From NCBI GenBank assembly GCA_016868875.1, contig VGFN01000002.1:1-47586 (forward strand): 47,586 nt of DNA. The letters are read 5' to 3'. Below the pieces are notes generated by a model that searched no databases, was not told the origin of the DNA, and saw only the letters and a list, made by a program, of their open reading frames with translations. This document shows, piece after piece, positions 1-10,400 of the stretch (positions are counted from its first letter, which is position 1; every line of letters begins with the position of its first letter). The position numbers and the translations under genes were made by a program. The DNA is from Bacteroidota bacterium. Lineage in GTDB: Bacteria > Bacteroidota > Bacteroidia > UBA7662.

Positions 1-1181
1 ATCAAGGACAGAAGGACCACCTCAAATCGTACGGAGTCGCCTATTGGGCCATCAGCAAGGGTATAGAGTCCCAGTGGCTCTTGAACTACAGGGGTGGGAG
101 TTTCGCAATGGCCCACCAAATGGGTTTAGAGGCGGAATGCAGATTGCGTGGAATTAGTTACGAGGTCATTGCTGAGAACACCTATGCAGGGATTCTTGCG
201 GAAATTCAGGATCCGGCGGTCAATATGGAATTGGTCAAGTTGGAGAAGGCTCCGCGCATTGCGGTGTACACCCCGCCTACTAAACAGCCTTGGGATGATG
301 CCGTGACCATGGCTTTGACGTATGCGGAGATACCCTACGACAAGGTTTACGATCCGGAGGTCCTTGATGGCAAATTGCCGATGTACGATTGGCTGCATCT
401 TCACCATGAAGACTTCACCGGGCAATTTGGGCGATTTTATTTTGCGTACCGAAACGCGGCATGGTACCAGGCTGAAGTTGCAGAGGCCGAACGAACCGCC
501 TTGAGCAGGGGATTCACCAAGGTATCCCAGTTGAAGTCTTCGGTTGCTCAGCGAATTCGAGAATTTGTGGCTGGGGGAGGCTTTTTGTTTGCCATGTGTT
601 CGGCAACGGATTCCTACGATATCGCCCTTTCTGCCATAGGGGTGGACATCTGCGAGTCCATGTACGACGGAGATCCCGCAGCCCCTTCGGCCTCATCCCG
701 CCTGGATTACGATCAATGTTTTGCTTTCAAGGATTTTACCTTAACTCCCAATCCTTTGGAGTACGAATTTTCGGATATCGATGTGACCAATACCAGAGGC
801 CCCATGGCCGAAAACGAAGATTTCTTTGCCCTCTTTGATTTTTCGGCCAAATGGGACGTGGTGCCCACGATGCTATGCCAAAACCATCAGCAGGTGATCA
901 AAGGATTCATGGGGCAAACCACCGCTTTCAACAAGGATTTGATCAAACCGGAGGTCCTCATCATGGGCGAAACCAAGAGCCTGCACGAGGCTCGCTATAT
1001 TCACGGTAATTTCGGTAAAGGCACGTGGACCTTTTACGGGGGGCATGACCCGGAAGATTACCAACATCTGGTCGGCGAGCCTCCCACCGAATTGAGCATG
1101 CATCCCAATTCCCCGGGATACCGACTCATCCTTAACAATATTCTTTTTCCTGCCGCCAAGAAAAAGAAACAGAAAACCTAA
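1..1181 (+). CDS. Conserved Bacteroidota protein of unknown function (family often auto-annotated as asparagine synthetase B); 5' end cut by the window edge
   Basis: Frame 3 is open from nt 3 (QGQKDHLKSYGVAYWAISKG..WLLNYRGGSF), so the TTG at 81 in the ORF track is probably not the true start. Recognisable family blocks: KQPWDDAVTMALTYAEIPY, YDWLHLHHEDFTGQ, GGGFLFAMCSATDSYDIA, FYGGHDPEDYQH, PNSPGYRLILNNILFPAAKKKKQKT. Confidence 0.6.
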   Translation, partial: QGQKDHLKSYGVAYWAISKGIESQWLLNYRGGSFAMAHQMGLEAECRLRGISYEVIAENTYAGILAEIQDPAVNMELVKLEKAPRIAVYTPPTKQPWDDAVTMALTYAEIPYDKVYDPEVLDGKLPMYDWLHLHHEDFTGQFGRFYFAYRNAAWYQAEVAEAERTALSRGFTKVSQLKSSVAQRIREFVAGGGFLFAMCSATDSYDIALSAIGVDICESMYDGDPAAPSASSRLDYDQCFAFKDFTLTPNPLEYEFSDIDVTNTRGPMAENEDFFALFDFSAKWDVVPTMLCQNHQQVIKGFMGQTTAFNKDLIKPEVLIMGETKSLHEARYIHGNFGKGTWTFYGGHDPEDYQHLVGEPPTELSMHPNSPGYRLILNNILFPAAKKKKQKT

Positions 1182-1202
1182 GCCTTGTCTCTTGAAGGCA
1201 TT

Positions 1203-3254
1203 TCAATCCAGGAATTTCCAATCCAAACCGAAACGCAGTCTTCGGTCCCCCAACGGATAACCGGGGACCCATTGACCAATTTGGGCGGGCCAACCCATGT
1301 TGGCATGTTCCCAGCGAACATAGAGCAAGGTTTTCTGCACCCTGATCCCTGCAAGGAGGTCAATCCATGGATAATTCCCGCTCACAGTATTCACCTGGTT
1401 ACCTTCCCATGTTGGCATCGCCAATGTCCACATGCCCAATTCGGGACGGTAATGCGGCGCCACAAAGGGGGTTTGGTAACGAAGGGCAAGGCCCGCCAAC
1501 CACGTCCATCCTGCCAAAGTACGTCGTTGAATATAAAGCCAATCATCACAAGACCATAGTGGCAACGGAACCCAGGTGGGGTTGTTGGACCATTGCCACA
1601 AATGATGGTAATTCCAGGACCATTGGATTTGCCCCAAGGAGCCGGTCTGCACCCTGCCCTTGGCACGCAGGCCCAAGTAGGCGACGGCCTCTCGGTTGTT
1701 GGACATCAGGAGGCTGCGTATCCCGGAGCCGAATTGCAAGGATATGCTGTCTGTTGTTACAATACCCAGACCAATTAAGTTACGCATCAACCCCACCCGA
1801 AGTGTCCAATGCCCTAAAGCCTGGCCCGGTTGTCCCCCTTCGGAGCTGAGTATAATTCCTTGTGCGGCTTGCAATTCCGGTAAGTTCCAGTCCGTAGAAT
1901 TGGTGATCATCCATCGTTGGGCATAGGTTGGTGGATCCACAAAGGCTTCCAAGGTGACCCTGTTCAGGAATCGTTTGGGGATAGTCTTGTTTCGTGCATC
2001 AGCGCTGTCCAGCCCCTCGGGGGATACGCTCGCTTGCCAGCCTATTTTCAAAGCGCTCATCAGCGGCAAATAGCTATGGTAGAAACCCTGACGCCAATCC
2101 ACCCACAGGCCTTGACGTTGAGATTCCCATCGACCATAGGCCAACCATCCGAAATCGGAACGAAGGGCGTTGCTAGGTTCAAGATTCGCAGCGGGGTGGG
2201 TTAATCCACTGTAATAATTTAGGTGCGATAATTCCAATCCGTATTGCAACAAATGCCCCGAGGAGAATTGGTGCTCCATCCCCAATCGATGGGTCCAGGT
2301 GGATTGCCTAAGGCTGTCTTTGGCGGAGCTGCTATCCTTGAGGTCGGACGCACTTGGATAAAAAGCCAAATTGTTGGCGATAGCCTCATCGGCAAATTTC
2401 CAGCGTTGTGTTTCCTTGCGCAGAAGGTGCACCAAGCGCGGGGCTTGGGGCTGATGAGCCCGCCATGACCAGCGATTTTCGAGGCTCCAGCATTCCTCTT
2501 GGTGCATGGAATTCGCATTGCGAAGTTGAATGTTCAAATTCAATGGGTTGTAACCGGAAGCGGACGGAAGACCGGGGGAAGCGATCCCTCCATTTTCGCT
2601 GAGTTCCGCCGATAAAGCCTGGTAGGTAGCCGTCATGAAATGTCGGCCTGGTCGAAGGCTACCGACCAGGTACAGGTCGGAGTTTCGGAAATTGGACCCT
2701 GATCGTTGAAGGAATCCGTCGTGGGTAATGCTCCGAAATTGTATGCCAGCGCTGAGGGTAGGCCCAATCTGCTGGTGATGGTTCAGTTGAAGGATTTGTA
2801 AATTGTTACCTCCTGCTTGAAACTCAACGCGGGTCAGCGGAATTTTTGGAAAATAGTAGGCATGACGTGGATGCATGGAGCCGCTGAAAATTCCGTGATG
2901 GTTCATTGAGGAAAGCCTGTTCGTGGGATTCCACCATAAGGCATAGGCAGGATAGCCTACCCCGCCGGTATTGATCTCTTGGCCTCCGTTGGCAATGCTT
3001 GGTTGCACCATTTTGGCAAAAATCGCGGAGGTATCGCGATCCAAGGTGTCAAGATCACGTATCCACTTGTGGAATAGGCTGCTGTCCATCATAAAGCCCG
3101 TCAACTCTTGGGCGGACCAAGTTATTCGCGGAGTTGATGCGGTGGCTGATAAGGATTGAGCTGAGGAATCGGAGAGCTCCAAGAGGGTAACCCCTGCCAT
3201 GAGCCAAGCCCTTTGGGCAATGAATCTGCTGATAATCAGTATCGTTCTCGGCAT
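1203..3254 (-). CDS. Large predicted outer-membrane beta-barrel protein (putative-porin-like), function unknown
   Basis: 683-aa ORF with only short antisense ORFs competing. The sequence is rich in Gly, aromatic and Asn residues and looks like alternating strands, ending RLRFGLDWKFLD. It lies directly downstream of lpxK on the same strand with a 19-nt overlap. The family call is tentative. Confidence 0.5.
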   Translation of the reverse strand: MPRTILIISRFIAQRAWLMAGVTLLELSDSSAQSLSATASTPRITWSAQELTGFMMDSSLFHKWIRDLDTLDRDTSAIFAKMVQPSIANGGQEINTGGVGYPAYALWWNPTNRLSSMNHHGIFSGSMHPRHAYYFPKIPLTRVEFQAGGNNLQILQLNHHQQIGPTLSAGIQFRSITHDGFLQRSGSNFRNSDLYLVGSLRPGRHFMTATYQALSAELSENGGIASPGLPSASGYNPLNLNIQLRNANSMHQEECWSLENRWSWRAHQPQAPRLVHLLRKETQRWKFADEAIANNLAFYPSASDLKDSSSAKDSLRQSTWTHRLGMEHQFSSGHLLQYGLELSHLNYYSGLTHPAANLEPSNALRSDFGWLAYGRWESQRQGLWVDWRQGFYHSYLPLMSALKIGWQASVSPEGLDSADARNKTIPKRFLNRVTLEAFVDPPTYAQRWMITNSTDWNLPELQAAQGIILSSEGGQPGQALGHWTLRVGLMRNLIGLGIVTTDSISLQFGSGIRSLLMSNNREAVAYLGLRAKGRVQTGSLGQIQWSWNYHHLWQWSNNPTWVPLPLWSCDDWLYIQRRTLAGWTWLAGLALRYQTPFVAPHYRPELGMWTLAMPTWEGNQVNTVSGNYPWIDLLAGIRVQKTLLYVRWEHANMGWPAQIGQWVPGYPLGDRRLRFGLDWKFLD

Positions 3255-4333
3255 TTCTCGGCAAAATTGTTCAAATGCACCTGCAGTTGTTTGCGATCGC
3301 GCTCTTGGAAATCAATTTCGATGGGTATATAGGCCAATGGCATCCGGTTCTGTATAAAAAACATGGGATTCGAGGCCAGTTTCACAAAATCTTTCTCGGT
3401 GGTCAATATTGCCTTGATGGGGCTATGCAAATTGGCAAAAGCGACTTGGATTTCGGTCAAAACCTCTTGGCTATAGTCCACATGATCAGGGTAGGCGAGA
3501 TGTTTATAGATCAACCCGCTGTTGTTCAGGTGTTCGCATAATAAATCTGTGTTCGCAATTCCTGTAACCAACAAATAATGGCCCTCCGGTTTCAGTAGGT
3601 CTTGCTCAAAGGGTTCCATGAAAATGGGGTCCAAATGGATCAATGAGGAGTAGAGAATCCGTTCTGCAGGGAAATCCGCAATACGTCCCCCATAATATTT
3701 TCGGTCGTAGAGCCGAATCGAAGGAGGGCATTTGGTGAAAATGATCATATCCGCTCGACGGTAGGCGCTTTGGTATTCGCGCAATCCCCCCAGCGGTAGC
3801 AAGGCATCGTCAAAGAAAGGTTTGCCGTAATCGCTCAACACAATATTCCAATGGGGCCGTACCCTGCGGTGTTGAAATCCGTCATCCATGATCACCGCCT
3901 TGATTTCGGGATGGGCCGCCTGCAATTGTTCGATCCCCTTCAAACGATCTTCGCAGACCGCCAAGGGGATGAAGGGTAATTTGGCGTGCAGCATATGGGC
4001 TTCATCGCCCAAGATGTCCGGGCCGTCGGTGGGACTCGCCAAATGGAAACCGCGGCTTTGCCTTCCGTAACCTCTGGACAGGATGGCGACAGGACCAAGG
4101 ACCTCATAGAGATAAGCCGCAACGAGTTCGGTATGCGGGGTTTTGCCCGAGCCCCCTGCATTGATATTTCCGATACAAACCAAGGGGAGGTCCGGGACAT
4201 GGGATTTCAGCCAACCACGATCGTAGGCCAGGTTTCTCAAAAAAGTAACGAGCCCGTACCCTTGGGATAAGGGCCATAAGAAGGGCCTGAGCCAGACTTG
4301 ATCCGGAATACGAGAGAGAGATGGTAATTTCAA
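3236..4333 (-). CDS. lpxK: Tetraacyldisaccharide 4'-kinase (lipid A biosynthesis)
   Basis: P-loop GNINAGGSGKTPHTELVAAYL in the usual LpxK position. About 365 aa with typical LpxK length and layout. The start appears to be TTG at 4333. Confidence 0.9.
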   Translation of the reverse strand: MKLPSLSRIPDQVWLRPFLWPLSQGYGLVTFLRNLAYDRGWLKSHVPDLPLVCIGNINAGGSGKTPHTELVAAYLYEVLGPVAILSRGYGRQSRGFHLASPTDGPDILGDEAHMLHAKLPFIPLAVCEDRLKGIEQLQAAHPEIKAVIMDDGFQHRRVRPHWNIVLSDYGKPFFDDALLPLGGLREYQSAYRRADMIIFTKCPPSIRLYDRKYYGGRIADFPAERILYSSLIHLDPIFMEPFEQDLLKPEGHYLLVTGIANTDLLCEHLNNSGLIYKHLAYPDHVDYSQEVLTEIQVAFANLHSPIKAILTTEKDFVKLASNPMFFIQNRMPLAYIPIEIDFQERDRKQLQVHLNNFAEKCRERY

Positions 4334-4365
4334 GGGGTGGTTTCAGTCGAAACGATTTCTTTTCG

Positions 4366-4373
4366 CAAAAGTA
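4366..4373 (-). promoter_or_regulatory. Candidate Bacteroidota sigma-A -7 element (TACTTTTG on the minus strand) for lpxK
   Basis: Plus-strand caaaagta is the reverse complement of TACTTTTG, which matches the TAnnTTTG consensus. It lies about 33 nt upstream of the lpxK start. Confidence 0.4.
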
Positions 4374-4384
4374 AGGGGTTGGTT

Positions 4385-4392
4385 TATTTTTG
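4385..4392 (+). promoter_or_regulatory. Candidate Bacteroidota -7 element (TATTTTTG) for the nif3 operon
   Basis: Exact TAnnTTTG match about 92 nt upstream of the ATG at 4484. This would place the 15-bp tandem repeat in the 5' UTR. Confidence 0.4.
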
Positions 4393-4440
4393 ATTGTTTG
4401 GCTTGATGGACTTTATACGGGGTTCACTTGAAATCTAATC

Positions 4441-4482
4441 CTAAGGCTAAACACTCTAAGGCTAAACACTCTAACGCTAAAC
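4441..4482. repeat. 15-bp direct tandem repeat, about 2.8 copies (ctaaggctaaacact x2, then ctaacgctaaac)
   Basis: Read directly from the sequence: 4441-4455 and 4456-4470 are identical, and 4471-4482 is a third copy with one mismatch. The repeat ends 1 nt before the nif3 ATG. Confidence 0.95.
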
Positions 4483-4483
4483 G

Positions 4484-5620
4484 ATGCAAATTGCCGACGC
4501 CGTTCAAATTCTTGATCGAGCCTTCCCTCTGGGAATGCAGCAAGCCTATGATGCATGCGGTTTTCAATGCGGCCGTACGAGCAGAGAACTTCTAGGGATC
4601 ATGGTGGGCCTGGATGTGAACGAGGCCATGATTGATGAGGCCGAACAAAGGGGCTGCAACTTGTTGGTGACCCATCACCCCTTGCTTTTTCATCCATTGC
4701 ACAGGTTGGGGGAGGGAACCCGTGTGGAGCGTTTAGTCCACCTGTTGCTTGAAAAAGGTCTTTGTGCTTACGCGGCCCATACCAATTTGGATGCCATGCC
4801 TACTGGGGTGAACGGGGTTGTGGCCGATGCTTGGGGTTTGGTGAATCGGCAAGCCTTGGAACCCTTGAAGGCCCCTTTGAGGCAATTGGTCGTCTATGTA
4901 CCTTTAGCGCATGCCGAATTCGTTCGCTCTGCCCTTTTTGAGGCTGGAGCAGGGGTCTTGGGGAATTACGGGGAAGCCAGTTTTGGAGTGCAAGGCACGG
5001 GCACCTTTATCCCGTTGGAGGGGGCTAACCCTGTTTTGGGCTCAATGAATCAAAGAGAAACGGTGGAAGAAATTCGTATGGAGGTGGTTTTGGAGTCTTG
5101 GAAAGTGCAAAGGGTGGTGGAAGCCATGAAGCGGGCTCACCCCTACGAAGAAGTAGCCTATCAACTAATTTCCTTGGAGCAATCGGCGCCTTCGTTTGGA
5201 TTAGGAGTGGTAGGGGATCTGCCCCAGACCATGCAGGCCCAGGATTTCCTGGCTCTGGTAGGCAAGACCTTAGGTTGCCCGTTGCGCCATTCCAATCTAG
5301 TTGCAAATTCAACAATATCTCCCCGAAACATAGGTCGAATTGCGTATTGCGGGGGCGCTGGCGCTGATTTATGGCCCAAAGCCAAAAGCGCCGGGGCGCA
5401 AGCTTTCATTACCTCCGAAATCAAGCACCATCATTTTTTGGATGCCGGGGATGAAATGCTGCTCATTGAGGCCGGCCATGCCGAAACAGAAATTCCTGCC
5501 ATCAAACGGATTCAAGCCATAATTCAACCCTTTTTCAGTACCTTTGCCGTCCTTCAAACTAACAGTTTGCAGAACCCAGCTCAATATTTCTCTTTACGAA
5601 ACGAAAATTATGGATCATAG
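4484..5620 (+). CDS. Nif3-like dinuclear metal-centre protein (YbgI/YqfO family, long form with inserted domain)
   Basis: Motifs NLLVTHHPLLFHPL, YAAHTNLD and C-terminal EAGHAETE are typical of the NIF3 family. Length 378 aa. Confidence 0.9.
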   Translation: MQIADAVQILDRAFPLGMQQAYDACGFQCGRTSRELLGIMVGLDVNEAMIDEAEQRGCNLLVTHHPLLFHPLHRLGEGTRVERLVHLLLEKGLCAYAAHTNLDAMPTGVNGVVADAWGLVNRQALEPLKAPLRQLVVYVPLAHAEFVRSALFEAGAGVLGNYGEASFGVQGTGTFIPLEGANPVLGSMNQRETVEEIRMEVVLESWKVQRVVEAMKRAHPYEEVAYQLISLEQSAPSFGLGVVGDLPQTMQAQDFLALVGKTLGCPLRHSNLVANSTISPRNIGRIAYCGGAGADLWPKAKSAGAQAFITSEIKHHHFLDAGDEMLLIEAGHAETEIPAIKRIQAIIQPFFSTFAVLQTNSLQNPAQYFSLRNENYGS

Positions 5621-6350
5621 CGTCGAAACCAAACTTATCAACCTGTTCAAGCTTCAGAACATTGAGTCCGAAATCGATCGCCTTCGGACCTACCGGGGGG
5701 AACTGCCAATGGAAGTACAAGATTTAGAGGACGAGGTCGCCGGAATGGAGACCAGGTTGGAGCGTCAAAATGAAGAAATTGAGCAAATCAAGCAATTAAT
5801 TGAGGAGAAAAAGGCTGGCCTCGAAGAAGCCAAAAAGCACAAGAATCGCTATGAAACCCAAATCATGGGGGTCAAAAACAGCCGAGAATTTGATGCACTA
5901 AGCAAGGAAATCGAGATTCAATCCCTCGAAATACAGATTGTCGAGAAAAAAATCAAAGAATTCGAGCATCAAGTGGATGCCCGTGCTTTGGATTTGCAGA
6001 ATTTGACCCAACAGCTGGATGGCCGAAGAAATGATTTGGAACTCAAGCGAACAGAATTGGGCAGCATCATTGCCGAGACCGAAGAAGAAGAAAAAAACCT
6101 CCACAAAGAGGCGGAAAAAGCGACCAAGAAAATTGAAACGAGGTTGCTTTCGGCTTACCAACGTATTCGTAGAAATGCCCGGAACGGCTTGGCCGTCGTG
6201 AGTGTTCAACGAGATGCTTGCGGTGGTTGTTTCAATCATATTCCACCCCAACGTCAGATGGATATCCGCCTCCGCAAAAAGATCACCGTGTGCGAGCATT
6301 GCGGCCGTATTCTCGTGGATGCGGATATGGAAGCCTTGGTGGCCTCCTAA
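5610..6350 (+). CDS. Coiled-coil protein with C4 zinc ribbon (COG1579-type, the usual Nif3 partner)
   Basis: Long charged heptad-like region followed by CGGCFNHIPPQ...VCEHCGRIL (CxxC..CxxC). I prefer the ATG at 5610 (MDHSVETKLINLF) to the upstream ORF-track start at 5544. It overlaps the nif3 stop by 11 nt. Confidence 0.8.
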   Translation: MDHSVETKLINLFKLQNIESEIDRLRTYRGELPMEVQDLEDEVAGMETRLERQNEEIEQIKQLIEEKKAGLEEAKKHKNRYETQIMGVKNSREFDALSKEIEIQSLEIQIVEKKIKEFEHQVDARALDLQNLTQQLDGRRNDLELKRTELGSIIAETEEEEKNLHKEAEKATKKIETRLLSAYQRIRRNARNGLAVVSVQRDACGGCFNHIPPQRQMDIRLRKKITVCEHCGRILVDADMEALVAS

Positions 6351-6401
6351 ACCATCACCAAAATATCCCAGAATATCAGCTGATTAGCAGACCCTATGGG
6401 G

Positions 6402-6662
6402 TCAGCAGCTCTCTTTTTTTTCCAAAATTCCAATCGGTACGCGCCCGTCAAAAACTCGACGACCATGAGGGCTGTCGGCCAGTTCTTCGGTCAGATCTTG
6501 CCCGGCCCAATGTTCATAATGCTTGCCGTTCCTCCAGAGGCGGCTCTCGGTGACATCGAAGATTTTCCCTTCCCAGGCGATCCAGATTTCAGGACGGTCT
6601 TGCCCGTTTCGCAGGGCCAATTCAGAACGTGTGTAGGTGGGCAATGTCAACGAAGAATCCAT
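6402..6662 (-). CDS. Cytochrome b5-like heme/steroid-binding domain protein
   Basis: 86 aa with the pattern YTRSELALRNGQDRPEIWIAWEGKIFDVTESRLWRNGKHYEHWAGQDLTEEL, typical of small bacterial b5-like/steroid-binding proteins. Confidence 0.7.
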   Translation of the reverse strand: MDSSLTLPTYTRSELALRNGQDRPEIWIAWEGKIFDVTESRLWRNGKHYEHWAGQDLTEELADSPHGRRVFDGRVPIGILEKKESC

Positions 6663-6753
6663 GCTTTAAATTTCGGGCTCAAGACCTTGTGTCCTTTCTT
6701 TGTTGATCAACTTTATTTCCGAAATTGTACATGATTGTTTCAATCGTATCACC

Positions 6754-7308
6754 ATGAGCCAATTTGCTGTACCTGCCTCCGGGCAATCGCCCCTCATCGT
6801 TTCGGTAAATGGACTGCGTCCAACCTGGGGTAAGGATTGCTTCATCGCCCCCAACGCAACCCTGACGGGAGATGTCATCTTGGGGGATGCTTGCACGGTG
6901 TGGTTTCAGGCCGTGATTCGCGGGGATGTTCACTCCATAAGGATCGGTGACCGCACCAATATCCAAGACGGTGCGGTAGTTCATTGCACCTACCGCAAGG
7001 CGGCCACCCAGATAGGCTCCGGGGTCAGTATCGGCCACCGTGCCATTGTGCACGGTTGCACCATCGAGGATGATGTTTTGATCGGCATGGGTGCCATCGT
7101 GATGGATCATGCCGTGGTGGAAAAGGGCTGCATCGTGGCCGCTGGAGCGGTTGTCCTTGAGAACTTTCGTTGTGAACCCGGATATATCTATGCGGGAATT
7201 CCCGCAAAGGCCGTCAAAAAGGTAAGTCCGGAACAATTGTTGTCCATGCAACAAACAGCCTTGCGATACGTGGAATATTCCCGGTGGATGGAAAAGGTCG
7301 AAGGATAA
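6754..7308 (+). CDS. Gamma-carbonic-anhydrase-like left-handed beta-helix protein (YrdA/PaaY/CaiE family)
   Basis: Hexapeptide repeats: FIAPNATLTGDVILGDACTVWFQAVIRGDVHSIRIGDRTNIQDGAVVH. I chose the ATG at 6754 (MSQFAVP) over the ORF-track start at 6700. Confidence 0.9.
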   Translation: MSQFAVPASGQSPLIVSVNGLRPTWGKDCFIAPNATLTGDVILGDACTVWFQAVIRGDVHSIRIGDRTNIQDGAVVHCTYRKAATQIGSGVSIGHRAIVHGCTIEDDVLIGMGAIVMDHAVVEKGCIVAAGAVVLENFRCEPGYIYAGIPAKAVKKVSPEQLLSMQQTALRYVEYSRWMEKVEG

Positions 7309-7348
7309 CCCAAACACTATGGGCATTAAAACGGACTAAATTCGGTAT

Positions 7349-7376
7349 GCCCGATTCCGCGGGCCTTCTTTCTTTT
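7349..7376 (+). terminator. Possible rho-independent terminator after the gamma-CA-like gene
   Basis: gcccg-attccg-cgggc forms a 5-bp GC stem with a 6-nt loop (7349-7364), followed by the T-rich cttctttctttt. Confidence 0.4.
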
Positions 7377-7404
7377 GTATTTTGAGCCTTTAATAAAATT
7401 TCTT

Positions 7405-10400
7405 ATGATGTCGAATTTTAAGGGTTGGTTGATTTCGGCGTTGCTACTGACACTTACTTGGTTAGCGGTACCCGATGTCCAGGCCTCTCACATTCTAGGT
7501 GGTGAAATTTCTTACAAATGTTTGGGGGGCGGTCTCTTTGAATTCACCATCAAAGTTTACCGTGACTGCGCTGGTATTCCATGGTCTCAAACGGCCTTGG
7601 CCCTGCAGGGACCTCATGGGACAACCAATTTACCAATTTTGCCGGGTTCTCCGGAAGATATCTCCCCCCGATGTCCAGGGAACAATTACCTAAGTTGCAA
7701 CCCCCCTGCCAATGCCTCCAATCAGAATCAAGGCTCGGTAGCCCGATATATTTTCAGAGGGATTGTGGACCTTTCCGCTCTTGGCCCCGCACCTCCTGCT
7801 GGATATACCTTTCATACCACCCAAACCGGAAACGGGATACCGTGTTGCCGACCAGAAATCAACAACAGCACCGCGTCCAACGGTAGCCAGACGTTGGTGG
7901 TCAAAATGTTCCCATACCGCGATCCAATAACCAATGTTACGCTTACCCCTGCTCAGCTTTGCGACAAATCTCCTGAATTCGCGACGGACCCCACGGCCTT
8001 TTCGACCCTTAACCCAATCGATACTATTTATTTGCAGTCGCTGGCCTTTGATGCAGACCTTGACAGCACTTCATTTGGCATCGATTTTCCGTTGGGTACC
8101 TCACCTACCGCACCCTATTCCTATAACAACGGATACAGTCAGGGTAATCCCTTGCCTGGTTTGCTCGGACCGCCTTTGGTGAGTGCCACAAATTTCCCGA
8201 TTAATTTGACCACCGGAGAAATTGTGTACAAGCCTACAACACAAGGTACGTTTGTCACCATTATCAAGGTATCGGCGTACCGCTGCGGGCAGAAGATCGC
8301 CGAGGTTTATAGGGACTTCAGCCTGAAGATTCTGCCCAATCCCCCCGTTTCTCCACCGGTCTTTAACCCAAGCGGTCCTTTGGGGGGTATTTTCAGTCAG
8401 CGACCTCCGATTATCGAATCACCGTTTCCTGCCATTAGCGGGATTCCCACATTCGAGGGGACATTCTATGCGGGGGATACTATCGAAAGCTTCATCAATG
8501 TAGCCGATCCTTTTCCGTCCCTTTCTGGAAATCCCAACAATCCATCCACTTGGGTACCGATCCAACAAACGGTCAATGTCTTCGTTCGAGGAAGTCAGTT
8601 GGCAACCAATTTCCCTGCCCTCAACAACTGTGCCCAGCCACCCTGTGCACGATTGCAGCGTATAACCGATAATTCGTTGCCACCCAATCCGCCAGCCGTT
8701 CCCATCAACACCATCAATTACGGGAACGGAACACCGGCGGGGAATGGTTTCTCCGGGCTGGTGCAAAGCGGTGTTAAACTCGTTTGGGCTACGGATTGTT
8801 CGAACCTGCCCAAGAGCCTTGGGGTATGCGGGGTTCAGAATTCGAGTAACAAATTTCAGATCAATGCGTTTGATGACAATTGCCCGATCGAAGGTAGAGA
8901 CTCCAGGGTTTATACCTACAAGCTCATGAATGTGCGTGAATTGGGTACCGTTAAACTGCGTGGTGTTTCCGTTTCTCCTACCAATGACTCGGTGACTATT
9001 TATTGGGATAATCCATTGGGTGGTCCACCTTCCGGCTCGAGCCTGGGGGCGTTAATTGATACGGTGACCATCGATCCTTTGGATATCTTGAATTATAGCA
9101 CGCAGACCGCAGCCTATCAACGAGCCAAGTCCGTCGCAAGGCGCAAATATTCTTTCAAGGCCTACCGATTGTACCGTAGAGCCTTGGACCGATACACGGG
9201 GGCTTTGGCTGGAAATTGGGAGAAAGTTGATTCCTTGTTGGTGGTGGATTCCAGCAAAATTGTGGATGCTACCCCTAGCCTCAACCTAACCGACTTCGAC
9301 TACATGTACCGGGTTGGGGTCGTTTCTCGTTGTGATTCGGTCGAATATATTTCCGACAGCCTCAAGACGATCCGGGGCGAGGTTGTTTATAACATCTTCT
9401 CGGTACAAAGTACCTTCAATTGGGATTCCATGCGGACCAGAAATCCGTACATACCGGCCAATTGTTTGCCTCGTTACTATATCCAAAAGCAATCCACTTT
9501 TACGGCCCCAGGGGTTTGGTTAAATGTGGACACCTTTGAGGCCACAGGGAATTTGCCTTATGTGTACCGCGAGACCACCAACATTCCCTGCCAAGACACG
9601 ATTTTGTTCAGGGCAGGTTTACCGGATGTCAACGGGACGGTTTACTGGAGTACAACCCCCAATTTAGCATTAAGGCAACAAAACCCGATTCAACCGGTTC
9701 GCCTCCAAAGGGTATCGGTGGATACCTTGCCGAACGGTACGGGACAATTTGGAATTCACATGAATTGGGTTGCGGGTCCATCGCGGGCGCTTGGTGGTTA
9801 TAACATCTATAACGTGGTAGATTCCAGTTCCTCCCTGGCGGATTCCATTGCTCAGCATTGGGGGTACGACAGTACATCGTTTCTTCTGTACGATCCGGCC
9901 TGCGATCCCTACGCTAGGCCTGTATGGTTGACCGTTGCGGGGGAGGATTCTTGCAGGCTTACCTTGGGCTCTTACGATACCTCCAACTACCACAATACCA
10001 TGTACAATTACACAGAGTACGTGTATTGCAGCCTCCAAAGGGGGATGCATGTGCTATGGAATCACTATTACCGTTGGTACCCAGGACTGCTGAAATATCG
10101 AATTTACCGAGCTGAACCGGCTGCGGCTACTGGGTTTGTGTTGATTGACTCCATATCCCCGGCCCCTTACGATAGCCTGAATCGGTACATTGATCGTTCC
10201 GATCTCCCCAACGGAAATACCTATTGTTATCGAATCGAGGCGGTCCACGCGTCAGGCTTGACTTCCCTGTCCATAGCAGCATGCGATACGGTGGATAATC
10301 CGGTGGTGCGCTATAACCATATCCGTCGTATTTCAATCGACACCACCAGCGGCTATTTGCATTTGAAATACATTTTCAATCCGGTTGAAATTGCGGAATA

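Noticed and set aside
1185-2204. Multiple 60-160-aa plus-strand ORFs, plus nested minus-strand ones
   Set aside because: They lie inside the 683-aa minus-strand ORF, and none has a start context or recognisable domain.
6379-6421. Possible terminator (gctgat..gtcagc stem plus a T9 run) after the zinc-ribbon gene
   Set aside because: The stem is only 6 bp including a G-U pair, the loop is 16 nt, and the T-run starts 7 nt after the stem. The T-run also encodes the KKE C-terminus of the convergent b5-like gene, so the evidence is too weak.
6679-7326. 215-aa ORF on the minus strand
   Set aside because: It is entirely antisense to the gamma-carbonic-anhydrase-like gene. The hexapeptide-repeat codon periodicity there commonly keeps the opposite strand open, and the translation has no recognisable motifs.
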